Assembly: GCA_043732665.1 (NCBI GenBank)
Contig: JAYTHK010000220.1
Coordinates: 8,860 to 72,859 of the forward strand
Reading direction: 5' to 3'
Source: Cytophagales bacterium
Lineage (GTDB): Bacteria > Bacteroidota > Bacteroidia > Cytophagales > Cytophagaceae
Length of the DNA: 64,000 nucleotides
Shown: piece after piece, positions 46,824 through 56,866 of the stretch
Layout: the number at the start of each line of letters is the position of its first letter
Position numbering within the stretch: the first letter of the stretch is position 1
Position numbers and translations under genes: made by a program
The notes under the pieces: generated by a model
What the model was told of the DNA's origin: nothing
What the model saw: the letters and a program-made list of their open reading frames with translations, nothing else
The model's database searches: none

Positions 46824-46872
46824 GTTGAATTTTAAATTTCAAAAAAGGATAATTCAAAATTTAAAATTCAAC
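46824..46872. terminator. AT-rich ~19-bp inverted repeat between convergent genes (bidirectional terminator candidate)
   Basis: GTTGAATTTTAAATTTCAA ... TTCAAAATTTAAAATTCAAC. Confidence 0.45.
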
Positions 46873-46886
46873 ACTCAAAATTTCTG

Positions 46887-47429
46887 TTACCAGTTTTCGC
46901 CAACTTTCGGAGCATCTACACTTACGCCTGCCATGCCTGCTTTTAGTGCTTTTGTAAACTTATCCATCTGTTCCATTGTTTGTTTTTTGATGGCAGCCCA
47001 ACCTGCAGGAGTTAGTAAATATTTGCCGCATTCTGGAAGTGTTCCTTCTAATTTACCGCCGGCAGCGCCATCTTTTACATGTACAAAATTGGTGATGATA
47101 TATTTGTAACGCCCGTCTTTAGAAGCTATCGTAACCAGGTAGTCAACTTTGCCATAATGCGTCATGCCAAATTGAGGTGCTGGATAAGATACTTTAAAAG
47201 AACCTTTATATAAATAAAGTCCTTGTGCGGCATCGTCTTTTTGAGTGCCATTACCGGCAATACCTAAATTTTTACTTCTTTTGTATAATTCGTCTTTTGT
47301 GGTTCCGTCTAGTTGAATAACTTCACTGTACGTGATTTTTTTTGTGGCAGTATCTATTGGGAATGTTTTTGTTTGGCCTTTTGCTACAAAAGCAAAAACT
47401 ATTAGTGCAAGTGTAAATAGCGTTTTCAT
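46887..47429 (-). CDS. Secreted DUF4468-like (TBP-fold) protein
   Basis: It has a signal peptide ending AKGQ, KKITYSEVIQLDGTTKDELYKRS and KDGRYKYIITNF. Confidence 0.6.
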   Translation of the reverse strand: MKTLFTLALIVFAFVAKGQTKTFPIDTATKKITYSEVIQLDGTTKDELYKRSKNLGIAGNGTQKDDAAQGLYLYKGSFKVSYPAPQFGMTHYGKVDYLVTIASKDGRYKYIITNFVHVKDGAAGGKLEGTLPECGKYLLTPAGWAAIKKQTMEQMDKFTKALKAGMAGVSVDAPKVGENW

Positions 47430-47520
47430 TTTATGGATTTTAGTTAAATTTTAGTTCGTTTTGTAAATATAATTCCAAAACTGGTAACTAGAACGTATCA
47501 GGATTAAATAAGGTTTTAAA

Positions 47521-48567
47521 CTAATTTTTATTTGCCAATTGGCCGCAAGCAGCATCGATGTCTTTGCCTCTGCTTCTGCGCACATTTACAATTACCTCCC
47601 TTTCTTCAAGGTAGTTTTTGAAAAGGTCGAGTTTAGTGCCTTCTGCGTTTTTATAGGCAGCCTCAGCAATAGGATTATATTCGATAATATTGATCTTGCA
47701 GGGAATGTTTCTACTAAAGTCATACAATTCTTCCGCATCTTCAAGGCTGTCGTTGAAGTTGTTGAATAAAATGTATTCGTAAGTGACCTTGTTTCCCGTA
47801 TTTTTATAGAAATAGGTTAAAGCCTCTTTCAATGCGGCCAACGTATTGGTTTCGTTGATCGGCATGATTTCATTTCTTTTTATATCGTTTGCAGCGTGTA
47901 AAGAAAGCGCAAGGTTAAATTTTACGCCATCGTCTGCCAACTTCTTAATCATTTTAGCAACTCCCGCTGTAGAAACTGTAATTCTTTTTGGCGACATATT
48001 TAAGCCTTCTGGAGAAGTAATATGTTCTACCGATTTCAGCATATTAGCATAATTCAATAAAGGCTCGCCCATTCCCATATATACGATGTTTGTGAGAGGC
48101 ATTTGGAAATGCTCTTCGGCTTGGTCTTTTATCGCCACTACCTGATCGTATATTTCTGCAGGGTCTAGGTTTCGCTTTCTTTCCATATAACCTGTAGCAC
48201 AAAATTTACAAGTTAAGGAACATCCTACCTGCGAGGAAATACAAGCGGTCATTCGATTGTCTGACGGAATGAGCACGCCTTCTACCAAATGGCCATCAAA
48301 CAATTTAAAAGCAGACTTAACTGTTCCGTCGTTACTCACCTGTTTTTTGTGGAGCGAAATGGGATTGATTACAAAATTTTCGTTTAAAAGATCTCTCGTT
48401 GTTTGAGATAAGTTTGTCATCTGGTCAAATGTTTGAGCAGATTTTTTCCATAACCATTCGTAAACTTGCCTTGCACGAAAAGCTTTATCTCCATTAGAAA
48501 TAAAAAATGATCTTATCTCCTCCACTGGTATCTTCCTAATATCCTTCTTCAAACTGATCGATTCCAT
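47521..48567 (-). CDS. rlmN: 23S rRNA/tRNA adenine-C2 methyltransferase (radical SAM)
   Basis: It has FRARQVYEWLW, the radical-SAM site GCSLTCKFCATG, MGMGEPL and the C-terminal DIDAACGQL. Confidence 0.95.
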   Translation of the reverse strand: MESISLKKDIRKIPVEEIRSFFISNGDKAFRARQVYEWLWKKSAQTFDQMTNLSQTTRDLLNENFVINPISLHKKQVSNDGTVKSAFKLFDGHLVEGVLIPSDNRMTACISSQVGCSLTCKFCATGYMERKRNLDPAEIYDQVVAIKDQAEEHFQMPLTNIVYMGMGEPLLNYANMLKSVEHITSPEGLNMSPKRITVSTAGVAKMIKKLADDGVKFNLALSLHAANDIKRNEIMPINETNTLAALKEALTYFYKNTGNKVTYEYILFNNFNDSLEDAEELYDFSRNIPCKINIIEYNPIAEAAYKNAEGTKLDLFKNYLEEREVIVNVRRSRGKDIDAACGQLANKN

Positions 48568-48694
48568 ACCTCAAAGTTAAGAATAAATGAAGTTATAATC
48601 TTGTGAATAAAATACTTAATAAAAATATATATGATTATTCCAATAAAATGTATATTTATTGTTATATTTGAAACGAAACAAACAAGTTATACGT

Positions 48695-49462
48695 ATGAAG
48701 TCAATTTTTGTGTCTTTTTTATTTTTGATTATGGTAGTGAATGCTCATGCACAGATTTCTTTTGGAGTGGTTGCTTTTCCTCAAATCACGCAACTTTCCA
48801 ATGCAAAGTCGGCCATCACTAACAATCGTCTTAGTTATGCAGGAGGAGGTGGTATAAACGTTACGTATGATTTTTCCAAAAAATTTGGGATACAGGTTGG
48901 TGCTCTATATTCCGCTCAAAACCAAAAAATGATATCGAATTATACGCTCGGAGGAGTTTCGCACTCGCACGATAGTAGAAAAAGATTTGATTATTTTAAA
49001 CTACCTGTTTTGTTGAGAATCACACGGCAAATAGGGGTATTGGATTTCGTTGTATTTGCAGGCCCTCAGTTCTCTTATTTGATAAAATACGATGGTGGCA
49101 TGGTTGTATATACTAAAGATCAGTATTTTGATTTGCCCGTTACACCAAACGGAAACCAATATTATAATAAGTACACCGTCGATGCCGTCGCTGGACTTGG
49201 ATTCGAGCTTCCTCTTTCAAAATATCTAAAATTGACATCGGGTTTAAAAATAGATTGTAATGTGAGCAATGCACAAAACAGTAGCGCCACTTTTGGAAGT
49301 AGAAAAGTGTCGGATATCAACGGAACGGGTGCTCTAGCTAGAAATATTACCTACGCGTTGATGGTTGGCGTAAATTTCAAATTAAAAGATCCTAATGACT
49401 TAGTAGCTCCTTCTAACAAATTTAGAAGTAAGTCTTACGGAAGAAAAAGAAGAAGAAATTAA
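48695..49462 (+). CDS. Small outer-membrane beta-barrel protein (OMP_b-brl_2-like)
   Basis: It has the signal peptide MKSIFVSFLFLIMVVNAHAQ, an alternating beta pattern and a basic tail. I chose the start at the ATG that gives a proper signal peptide. Confidence 0.65.
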   Translation: MKSIFVSFLFLIMVVNAHAQISFGVVAFPQITQLSNAKSAITNNRLSYAGGGGINVTYDFSKKFGIQVGALYSAQNQKMISNYTLGGVSHSHDSRKRFDYFKLPVLLRITRQIGVLDFVVFAGPQFSYLIKYDGGMVVYTKDQYFDLPVTPNGNQYYNKYTVDAVAGLGFELPLSKYLKLTSGLKIDCNVSNAQNSSATFGSRKVSDINGTGALARNITYALMVGVNFKLKDPNDLVAPSNKFRSKSYGRKRRRN

Positions 49463-49531
49463 AATCTTAAGTGAAGATTGAATAGGTGTTTGAGAGGCAT
49501 TCCAATATGGGGTGCTTCTTTTTTTGTCCTT

Positions 49532-51028
49532 TTATTTGGCAAAATCTTTGAAGAAATAAGTAATACCGTCTATGATATCCGAAGCAAGCATAGACGGCTG
49601 ACTTAATTTTCTGGCAGCAGCATCTCCAGCATATCCATGAAGAAATACGCCAAGCAAACAAGCCTCTTGACTAGTGTATCCTTGAGCCAACAATCCAGTG
49701 ATAATTCCAGTAAGTACATCTCCCGCTCCCGCTTTAGCCATGCCTGGGTTGCCTGTAGAATTGAAATAGATAATGCCTTCTGGATTTATAATAGCACTGT
49801 GCGCTCCTTTTAATACAAGGTAAATTTTATATTGTTTGCAAAAGGCTTTTGCTTTTTCGAGTCGGTCGTAATCGTTTTCGGTTTTTCCTACAAGCCTTTC
49901 AAATTCGAGTAAATGTGGTGTTAAAATACTGTTCGATGGAATTTTAGGTATAAAGGATTTATTGCTCGACAGTATGTTTAAAGCACTGGCATCTATTACA
50001 AGCGGTACTTTTGTAGTGGTTAGAAGTTTTTCAAAGGCTGTACTCGTTTCGGCACTTTCGCCCATTCCTGGTCCTACACCTATAGCTGTAAATTCTGTTA
50101 ATTCAGGCAATGCAGTTATCATTTCTGGATGCGGATCTGTAAGTACGATTACTTCTGGTAAGTCATTTTGCAAAACAAAAAAACCAGCTTCAGGTACGTA
50201 TACTTTTACAAGCCCTGTTCCTGAACGTAAACAAGCTTTTGCGCTGAGCACAGAAGCCCCCAACATTCCATATTTCCCAGAGATAATAAGCGCTTTCCCA
50301 TAGTTTCCTTTATGTGAAAATTTGCTTCTCCTATGAATTAATGTTTTTATAAGATTCTCATCCGTGTAATAATAATTTGTTTTCGTAGTTTCTATAAATG
50401 TTCTACTCAATCCGATATACAGTATATACCAGTCGCCCACATATTCCTGATGTTGTGGAAGCATAAAGGCAAGTTTCGGAACTTGAAAAGAAACGGTATA
50501 AAGCGCTTTTACAATATTATTGTTTTCATTCTGTTTGTCCATATACAAACCAGAAGGCATATCTATCGACACAATAGAAGTTTCAGTTTTATTAATCGCA
50601 GCAATGACATCCGCATAAAGACCTTCGATGGGTTTGTTGATACCAGAACCAAAAAGTGCATCTATGATAATAATACCGTTGGAAAGGGAAGGAATGTCTT
50701 TCGTCATAGCGATATTGTTTATAAAACCCAAGTGAGAAAGTCGCTCTTCATTGATCTGATAATTTTCGGAAGTTTTTGTAGAGTGAACATGATAGATGGC
50801 TACTTCAAACATCTTTTGTATAAGCATACGCGCCACCGCCAAGCCATCGGCACCGTTATCTCCAGAGCCACAAAAAATAACAACTCTTTGCTCTTTATGA
50901 AATTTTTCTGTGAACCACCGAACGAAAGCTGTAGCTGCTCGTTCCATTAATTTGATAGATTCTACTGGTTCGTTTTCAATGGTAAATTTATCCAGTTCTT
51001 TTATTTGAGTTGCATTTAGGATTTTCAT
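49532..51028 (-). CDS. nnr: Bifunctional NAD(P)H-hydrate repair enzyme (epimerase/dehydratase)
   Basis: The YjeF_N half contains VIFCGSGDNGADGLAVAR. The C-terminal kinase-like half contains GPGMG and GAGDVLTGII. Confidence 0.92.
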   Translation of the reverse strand: MKILNATQIKELDKFTIENEPVESIKLMERAATAFVRWFTEKFHKEQRVVIFCGSGDNGADGLAVARMLIQKMFEVAIYHVHSTKTSENYQINEERLSHLGFINNIAMTKDIPSLSNGIIIIDALFGSGINKPIEGLYADVIAAINKTETSIVSIDMPSGLYMDKQNENNNIVKALYTVSFQVPKLAFMLPQHQEYVGDWYILYIGLSRTFIETTKTNYYYTDENLIKTLIHRRSKFSHKGNYGKALIISGKYGMLGASVLSAKACLRSGTGLVKVYVPEAGFFVLQNDLPEVIVLTDPHPEMITALPELTEFTAIGVGPGMGESAETSTAFEKLLTTTKVPLVIDASALNILSSNKSFIPKIPSNSILTPHLLEFERLVGKTENDYDRLEKAKAFCKQYKIYLVLKGAHSAIINPEGIIYFNSTGNPGMAKAGAGDVLTGIITGLLAQGYTSQEACLLGVFLHGYAGDAAARKLSQPSMLASDIIDGITYFFKDFAK

Positions 51029-51164
51029 GTGTCTATAAATCGGATAATAAAGTGGTCAAAATTATCCAATTTTACTGAAATGCCTACAATTTCAGCGGAA
51101 TACCTTTGTGAAAATCTAAAAAAAATAATTTTAAGAGGTAATCGTATTTTACTATTAAGAAGAT

Positions 51165-51214
51165 CAGATTGATTTTTAAATTTAGTAAGGATGCGTCATC
51201 GGGTGTCTCTGCAA
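51165..51214. repeat. REP-like element, copy 2 (degenerate)
   Basis: CAGATTGATTTTTAAATTTAGTAAGGATGCGTCATCGGGTGTCTCTGCAA. It shares the GATT leader, the GTAAGGAYGCRTCAT core and the GTCTCYGC tail with 24283-24333. Confidence 0.6.
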
Positions 51215-51697
51215 CTTTTTGGCTCGTAGTTTCATGACTTGTACTACAACGCCAAACAGAAATAATAAAAAGTAAATTCCAGTTGCCAATTGAATGCGAG
51301 GGTCGTCTGGACTAGCTGCTTATGGAGCATTTAAAGGCAATCGAGTAGAGGCTTCTGTGATGGTTGGAATCAAATGAAAAAAAATGTCGCCGAAAAGCAG
51401 ACCGTCTTGATATAAGGAGAAGCCGAATCGAATAGTTTACTTTTATTTCCTGCTACAAGTGCAATTACGAGAGTACTTCCAGTGTTATAATGCCCAATAC
51501 ATGAGCTTTGCCAAAGCCGTCGTGTTGAAAGATTCCAAAACCAGTAACGCAGGTGACAACAGTTGTAATTATATAGATTTTTCCAACCAAATTTCCACAG
51601 GAATCTCTTTATTTCTGATTAAAGAAATGATGCCTGAGGCCATGGCAATTAAGCCAATAGCTGTATAGAAAATACCAAGTTGAGTGAGACCAAACAT
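51182..51697 (-). pseudogene. Decayed small membrane-protein gene
   Basis: Hydrophobic segments MFGLTQLGIFYTAIGLIAMASGIISL, TTVVTCVTGFGIF, VIALVAG and LATGIYFLLFLFGVVVQV lie colinear on the minus strand. Connecting them needs at least three frame changes and passage of one in-frame stop. One shift sits at an A8/T8 run. Confidence 0.45.
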
Positions 51698-51901
51698 AAT
51701 TTTAATTTGTTTAAATTGTTTATGAATAATAATAATACCTTCAAATAGATTATCTCGCAAGTTAATCGGAATACTTGTAGTGAAATATACCCATTTGGTT
51801 TATAATCGCTGCTTGGCTGGTAGTTAAAAATTTTTTTTTTTTGAGATTATTCCATTATATTCAAAAATATTTCTAGATAAACTAGAATAATATCGTGTTT
51901 T

Positions 51902-53500
51902 GTGGAAATTGGAGCAATAGATTATTTTATTCTGAGTGTCTATTTAGTCGTATTGGTGGTGCTTGGATTTCTTACTTCTAAAAACCTTAAAGGACTGTCA
52001 GGACATTTTCTTGCAGGTAAAAATTCAGGCTGGTTTTTGGTAGGAACCTCTTTAATGATTACTACAGTATCCAGCGAGCATGTTATGGGGTATTCAGATT
52101 CGGGTTATGCAGAAGGTTTTGCCGCTGGTATTTTTGCATGGGGAGGATGTTTGGTCGTAATTTTAATGGCTTGGTTTTTCGTTCCAATTTTACTTCGCAA
52201 TAATTTGTTTACTATGCCCGAGTACATTGAAAAGCGCTTCGATGTTAAAAGTCGGTTATTACTTTCAGGGCTCTCTATTATTGTTTATATCATTACTAAA
52301 ATATCCATCACTCTTTTCGCTGGAGCTTTATTATTAGAAGGGATATTGGGTTGGGATAAATATACATCTTCTCTTATTTTAGTATTACTTACAGGAGTTC
52401 TCACCATAGCAGGAGGTTTCAGAGGTACTTTATACACCCATATATTTCATGCCTATGCATTTATTTTTTGCGCATTGGTGGTGGTGGTTACTAGCATAAT
52501 AAAAATTGGCGGCATGGATGCATTAGTGAAAGCAGTTCCTGCAGAGCATTTTCATCCTTTTAAAAGTAATAGTGATCCAAATTACCCTTGGTTAGGGATG
52601 TTGCTCGGTGCTCCAATACTTGAGATCTGGTATTGGTGTACTGATCAGTTTATGATGCAGCGCGTACTGAGTGCCAAAGATATTCCAAGTGCCAGAAGAG
52701 GAGCTATTTTTTCTGGTTATCTGATGTTTCTGGTTACCTTTCTTTTAGTAGCACCAGGCTTGGTAGCATTAGTTAAATTTGGGCCAGATGCCGTAGCGGG
52801 TAAAACCTATCTTTCGGTGATTAATGAAATTTTGCCTCCTGGCGTAAAAGCATTGGCAGTAATAAGTTTATTGTCTGCTTTAATCTCTTCCCTTGCTGCT
52901 ACTTTTAACAGCACTGCTACTTTGTTTACTCTAGATGTGTATACCAGAATTTACCCGAATGTGGGCGAATTTAAAATAATAACAATGGGCAAACTTGCCA
53001 CGCTTGTTCTTATTATTCTCGGCATCGTTTGGGTTTCTTTCACAGGTTATTTTTCTGAAAATATAATCAAGCATTTACAAGCCGTCCAATCTTATATTGC
53101 TCCTCCTTTTGCCGCAGTTTTTTTAGTAGGCATGGTATGGAAAAGAGCTACCGCCAATTCCTGTTTTACGGTATTGTTGGTGGGTTCGGTGATCGGCGTT
53201 TTTCAAATTGTACTTGATTTGTTTCAAAGTTCAATAACCGAAGATTCTATATTTTTCTATTTCCATAAGATGAATTTCTTATACGAAGCATTTATAATGT
53301 TTTGGTTCTACGTATCCTTAATGATCGTAGTAAGTATTTTTGGGAAAAAACCAGATCGTTTGCACAACGATAATCTTGTTTATAGCAGAGATAAAATTTT
53401 CTCCATAGAAAAAAATTCGCAGAGAACGATGGATATTTACTTATCTATAGTGTTAGCTGTTGTCTTGATTACGACATGGGTGGTATTAATGTTGATATAA
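51902..53500 (+). CDS. Sodium:solute symporter family transporter (paralogue of 10162..11769)
   Basis: It has FTMPEYIEKRF, GGFRG and QAVQSYIAPP, blocks colinear with the first SSF gene. The start is GTG. Confidence 0.85.
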   Translation: MEIGAIDYFILSVYLVVLVVLGFLTSKNLKGLSGHFLAGKNSGWFLVGTSLMITTVSSEHVMGYSDSGYAEGFAAGIFAWGGCLVVILMAWFFVPILLRNNLFTMPEYIEKRFDVKSRLLLSGLSIIVYIITKISITLFAGALLLEGILGWDKYTSSLILVLLTGVLTIAGGFRGTLYTHIFHAYAFIFCALVVVVTSIIKIGGMDALVKAVPAEHFHPFKSNSDPNYPWLGMLLGAPILEIWYWCTDQFMMQRVLSAKDIPSARRGAIFSGYLMFLVTFLLVAPGLVALVKFGPDAVAGKTYLSVINEILPPGVKALAVISLLSALISSLAATFNSTATLFTLDVYTRIYPNVGEFKIITMGKLATLVLIILGIVWVSFTGYFSENIIKHLQAVQSYIAPPFAAVFLVGMVWKRATANSCFTVLLVGSVIGVFQIVLDLFQSSITEDSIFFYFHKMNFLYEAFIMFWFYVSLMIVVSIFGKKPDRLHNDNLVYSRDKIFSIEKNSQRTMDIYLSIVLAVVLITTWVVLMLI

Positions 53501-53536
53501 ATTGCCTATTCTGCACTTATTGTTTTTAAATGAGTA

Positions 53537-53597
53537 GGAGTGGAGAAGTGAAAATTTCTCGAAATTGTCTATCATCTTTACTTTTTACTTCTCACCC
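53537..53597. repeat. GTGARAAGT-family inverted-repeat element, copy B
   Basis: The left arm is GGAGTGGAGAAGTGAAAAT and the right arm is TTTACTTTTTACTTCTCACCC. It lies between convergent genes, and the right arm overlaps the stop of 53592..54179. Confidence 0.6.
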
Positions 53598-54179
53598 TTT
53601 TTCCAATATCATAAACAACTCTCTTCCCGCTCGTGGTTTGATAGAGTTATAGCAAGGTTCGAATGCTTTGAAAGAAAAATAAGGGTTGAAATAATTTTGA
53701 TATTCTTCCTTATTTCCGCCAAATGGAGGTTTTTCGCTTATTGGCTTGTCTGTAAAAAGTAAACCTACCAGTTTTCCATTTTTAGTTAACAGCTGATTCA
53801 TTTTTTCTGCATACTTATTCCGCAACGATGGATTTAAAGCACAAAAAAAAGTTTGTTCTAAGATTAGATCAAAATTGTCTTCGATGTTAAAAAAATCGTT
53901 ATGTAAAAGTTGCTGTTGAGGAAATTCGGGAATTCTTTTTTTTATATTTTCTAAGGGTTGAAGAGCGTAATCGGCAACAAATACATTTTTAAACCCGTTT
54001 GTCAAAAGATACTCTGCTTCATAACTATTGCCGCACCCTGGAATTAATATCTTAATTGTTTTATCGTTCAACTGATCTATGTATTCCTTCAAAGGAGTAG
54101 AAATATAGCCTATATCCCAACCTGTGTCGTTTTCAGAGTAACGATTTTCCCAAAAATTTTGATTTATTTCACTGTGCAT
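53592..54179 (-). CDS. TPMT-family SAM-dependent methyltransferase
   Basis: It has FWENRYSENDTGWDIG and the SAM motif ILIPGCGNSYEAEYL, at 195 aa. Confidence 0.8.
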   Translation of the reverse strand: MHSEINQNFWENRYSENDTGWDIGYISTPLKEYIDQLNDKTIKILIPGCGNSYEAEYLLTNGFKNVFVADYALQPLENIKKRIPEFPQQQLLHNDFFNIEDNFDLILEQTFFCALNPSLRNKYAEKMNQLLTKNGKLVGLLFTDKPISEKPPFGGNKEEYQNYFNPYFSFKAFEPCYNSIKPRAGRELFMILEKG

Positions 54180-54307
54180 AACCTAAAAATAGACATTTTC
54201 ATAGAGACATGAAAGCAAAGAGAATAAAACTCCTAAAATTTGAAAAAGTCCAATTTATTCTTAATTTTACGCTTTGAATTAAACCTTAAACCTTAATTTA
54301 TTCTAAA

Positions 54308-55255
54308 ATGGCAGAAACGAAAAAGCCGGCTGAAGAGCCTAAAAAAAGCGGAAGCAATAAAGGATTGTTAATCGCTTTTATTATCATACTTGCCCTTATC
54401 AATGGAGTTCAGTTGTTTTTATACCGCTCAAATACTAATACTATAAAAGACCAAACAACGACCATTTCTAATAATAAAAGTAAAATTGACAGCATGACTG
54501 TTCAATTAGATAATTTAAAGAAGGATTTGGAGGCAAAATTGCAAGAGATAGCTTCTTTGCAAGGTGATACAACATTGCTGCATAATCAAATTCTGGAATT
54601 AGAGAAAGCCAAAAGAAGTCTGCAATACACTAACAGTAATTGGCAGAAAAAGTACAACGAAGCGATTGCAATAAGAGATGCTTCTGTTAGAGTTAGAGAC
54701 GATGCAAGTAAAGAAGTAGATCGCTTAAAAGACTTGCTTGCCAAGCAAGATACAATCATTACCAATCAGAAGTTTCTTATCGTAGAGAGAGAGGATACTA
54801 TCTTAAAAATCACTAAGGAGAAACAAAAATTAGCGGTTAAAGTAGCTATTGCGTCTGTGCTAAGGGCTGAAAATTTTAATATAGAAGCACTTTCTGCTAA
54901 AGGGAAGGCCGATACAGATGGAAATTTCAAAGCAAAAAAAATCGATAAAATTCGTGTAGCCTTTACATTGGCTGAAAATATGGTAGCAGAAAAAGGTGGT
55001 AGAGATGTATATTTTCGTTTGCTGGAACCAGACGGTTCTGCACTTTTTGATCTAGCGAACGGTGGTGGAAGTTTCCAGTCGTTGGAAGGTAAAGAAATAT
55101 TTTACACCATGAAACAAACTATTTTGTTTGAAAATAAAGGTCAAAAAGTAACCTACGAATACAAAAAAGGAAGTCCTTACAAGCCAGGTAATAATAAAGT
55201 AGAAATCTACTGCGAAGGCGTAAAAATTGGAGAGTCTAAATTTACAGTGAAGTAA
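54308..55255 (+). CDS. N-terminally anchored coiled-coil protein with a C-terminal beta domain, unknown function
   Basis: It has a single TM helix (LLIAFIIILALINGVQLFL), about 150 aa of heptad-rich sequence, then a beta-rich C-terminus. Confidence 0.55.
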   Translation: MAETKKPAEEPKKSGSNKGLLIAFIIILALINGVQLFLYRSNTNTIKDQTTTISNNKSKIDSMTVQLDNLKKDLEAKLQEIASLQGDTTLLHNQILELEKAKRSLQYTNSNWQKKYNEAIAIRDASVRVRDDASKEVDRLKDLLAKQDTIITNQKFLIVEREDTILKITKEKQKLAVKVAIASVLRAENFNIEALSAKGKADTDGNFKAKKIDKIRVAFTLAENMVAEKGGRDVYFRLLEPDGSALFDLANGGGSFQSLEGKEIFYTMKQTILFENKGQKVTYEYKKGSPYKPGNNKVEIYCEGVKIGESKFTVK

Positions 55256-55260
55256 ACCTT

Positions 55261-55330
55261 TCTAAAGCATCGTTAAAAACAAAAAATCCTGCCTTGAAGC
55301 AGGATTTTTTGTTTTTAACGATGCTTTAGA
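55261..55330. terminator. Bidirectional intrinsic terminator core embedded in a perfect 32-bp inverted repeat
   Basis: TCTAAAGCATCGTTAAAAACAAAAAATCCTGC-cttgaa-GCAGGATTTTTTGTTTTTAACGATGCTTTAGA. The arms are exactly complementary. Confidence 0.8.
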
Positions 55331-55387
55331 AATACTTTTTCTAATAACCATTTTTTGAGTTAAATTGCGAATAATTTAAGTTAAGAA

Positions 55388-56479
55388 ATGATAGTATCTA
55401 AAGACGACGTAATAAAGGCCCTCAGTACTGTGCAAGAGCCAGATCTAAAACAAGATTTGGTAACTCTTAATATGGTGAAAGATGTGGAAGTGGATGGGAA
55501 TAAAGTGAGTTTTACGGTAGTGCTTACTACACCAGCTTGTCCGCTGAAAGAATTGATTCGTTCCTCTTGTATCGCAGCAGTGCAAAAAATAGACGCCACG
55601 CTACAAGTAACAGTAAACCTTACTGCAAACGTTACTTCAACTCGATTAAATGGCCCTTTATTGCCAGGGGTGAAAAATATTATAGCCATTGGTTCTGGGA
55701 AAGGTGGTGTAGGGAAATCTACCGTAACGGCTAATCTTGCTATTGCCTTGGCTAGAACTGGAGCGAGTGTCGGACTTATAGATGCCGATATTTTTGGGCC
55801 TTCTCAGCCTATATTGTTTGACTTGGAGGATGCGCATCCAACGGTAGTGCAAGAAAATGGTAAAAACTGGATCATTCCTATACAGCAATATGGAATTAAA
55901 ATCATTTCTATAGGATTTCTTGCTCCAGCCGAAAGTGCAGTGGTATGGAGAGGGCCTATGGCGAGTGCTGCGCTGAAACAATTTCTAGGCGATTGCAAAT
56001 GGGGTGAATTGGATTATCTTTTAATAGATTTACCCCCTGGTACAAGTGATATCCATCTTACGCTTGTGCAAACAGTACCCGTAACGGGTGCTATCATTGT
56101 AACTACTCCTCAAAAAGTAGCGGTTGCTGATTCACAAAAAGGAGTGAGCATGTTTCGCCAACCTCAAATCAATGTGCCAATATTGGGCGTTATTGAAAAT
56201 ATGGCTTGGTTTACTCCAGAAGAACTTCCAAATCATAAGTATTATATCTTTGGCAAAGATGGCGGTAAAGATATGGCGGAGAAGAACGACTGTCCGCTGC
56301 TTGGACAAATACCCTTAATACAAAGTATTCGCGAGAGTGGAGACAATGGAAGGCCAAAGGTGTTGGACAATGATGCGGTAGCAGAGTCATTTAAAGCGTT
56401 GGCTGAAAATGTAGCGCAGCAAGTAGCCATACGCAATGCCACCCGAGAAACTACAAAACCAGTAGAAATAAAATTATAA
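55388..56479 (+). CDS. mrp: Mrp/NBP35/ApbC-family Fe-S cluster carrier ATPase
   Basis: It has an N-terminal DUF59-like VQEPDLKQDLVTLNMV..TTPACPLK and the deviant Walker A GSGKGGVGKST. Confidence 0.93.
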   Translation: MIVSKDDVIKALSTVQEPDLKQDLVTLNMVKDVEVDGNKVSFTVVLTTPACPLKELIRSSCIAAVQKIDATLQVTVNLTANVTSTRLNGPLLPGVKNIIAIGSGKGGVGKSTVTANLAIALARTGASVGLIDADIFGPSQPILFDLEDAHPTVVQENGKNWIIPIQQYGIKIISIGFLAPAESAVVWRGPMASAALKQFLGDCKWGELDYLLIDLPPGTSDIHLTLVQTVPVTGAIIVTTPQKVAVADSQKGVSMFRQPQINVPILGVIENMAWFTPEELPNHKYYIFGKDGGKDMAEKNDCPLLGQIPLIQSIRESGDNGRPKVLDNDAVAESFKALAENVAQQVAIRNATRETTKPVEIKL

Positions 56480-56524
56480 AATTGTCATTGGAATTTTAAC
56501 AGTCTGTTTTGTGTTTAAAATATT

Positions 56525-56788
56525 ATGGAAATAACACTTTTGAAGAATGATCTTCTAACTAAAGTAGAAGCTGCGCTTAATAACATTCGTCCTTATCTTG
56601 AGGCTGATGGTGGGAATGTGAGATTAGTGGATATATCCGAGGATATGATAGTGAAATTGGAAATGCTGGGAAATTGCGGTTCTTGTCCAATGTCTGCTAT
56701 GACGCTGAAAGCTGGTGTAGAAGAGGCTATCAAAAAAGATGTACCAGAAATAAAAGGCGTAGTTGCGGTCAATAGTTCCAATAGCTAA
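56525..56788 (+). CDS. NifU/Nfu C-terminal-domain Fe-S scaffold protein
   Basis: 87 aa. It has IRPYLEADGGNVRLVDI and the CxxC site GNCGSCPMS. Confidence 0.9.
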   Translation: MEITLLKNDLLTKVEAALNNIRPYLEADGGNVRLVDISEDMIVKLEMLGNCGSCPMSAMTLKAGVEEAIKKDVPEIKGVVAVNSSNS

Positions 56789-56866
56789 TGACTAAAAATT
56801 TGAACGGTATTGGACTTTTTAAAAGGTAAAAATTAAAGAAGTTCTTCAATAATAAATTAGCACGTA

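Noticed and set aside
53565-53762. 65-aa plus-strand ORF after the second symporter
   Set aside because: It overlaps the repeat element and the 3' end of the TPMT-like gene in antisense.
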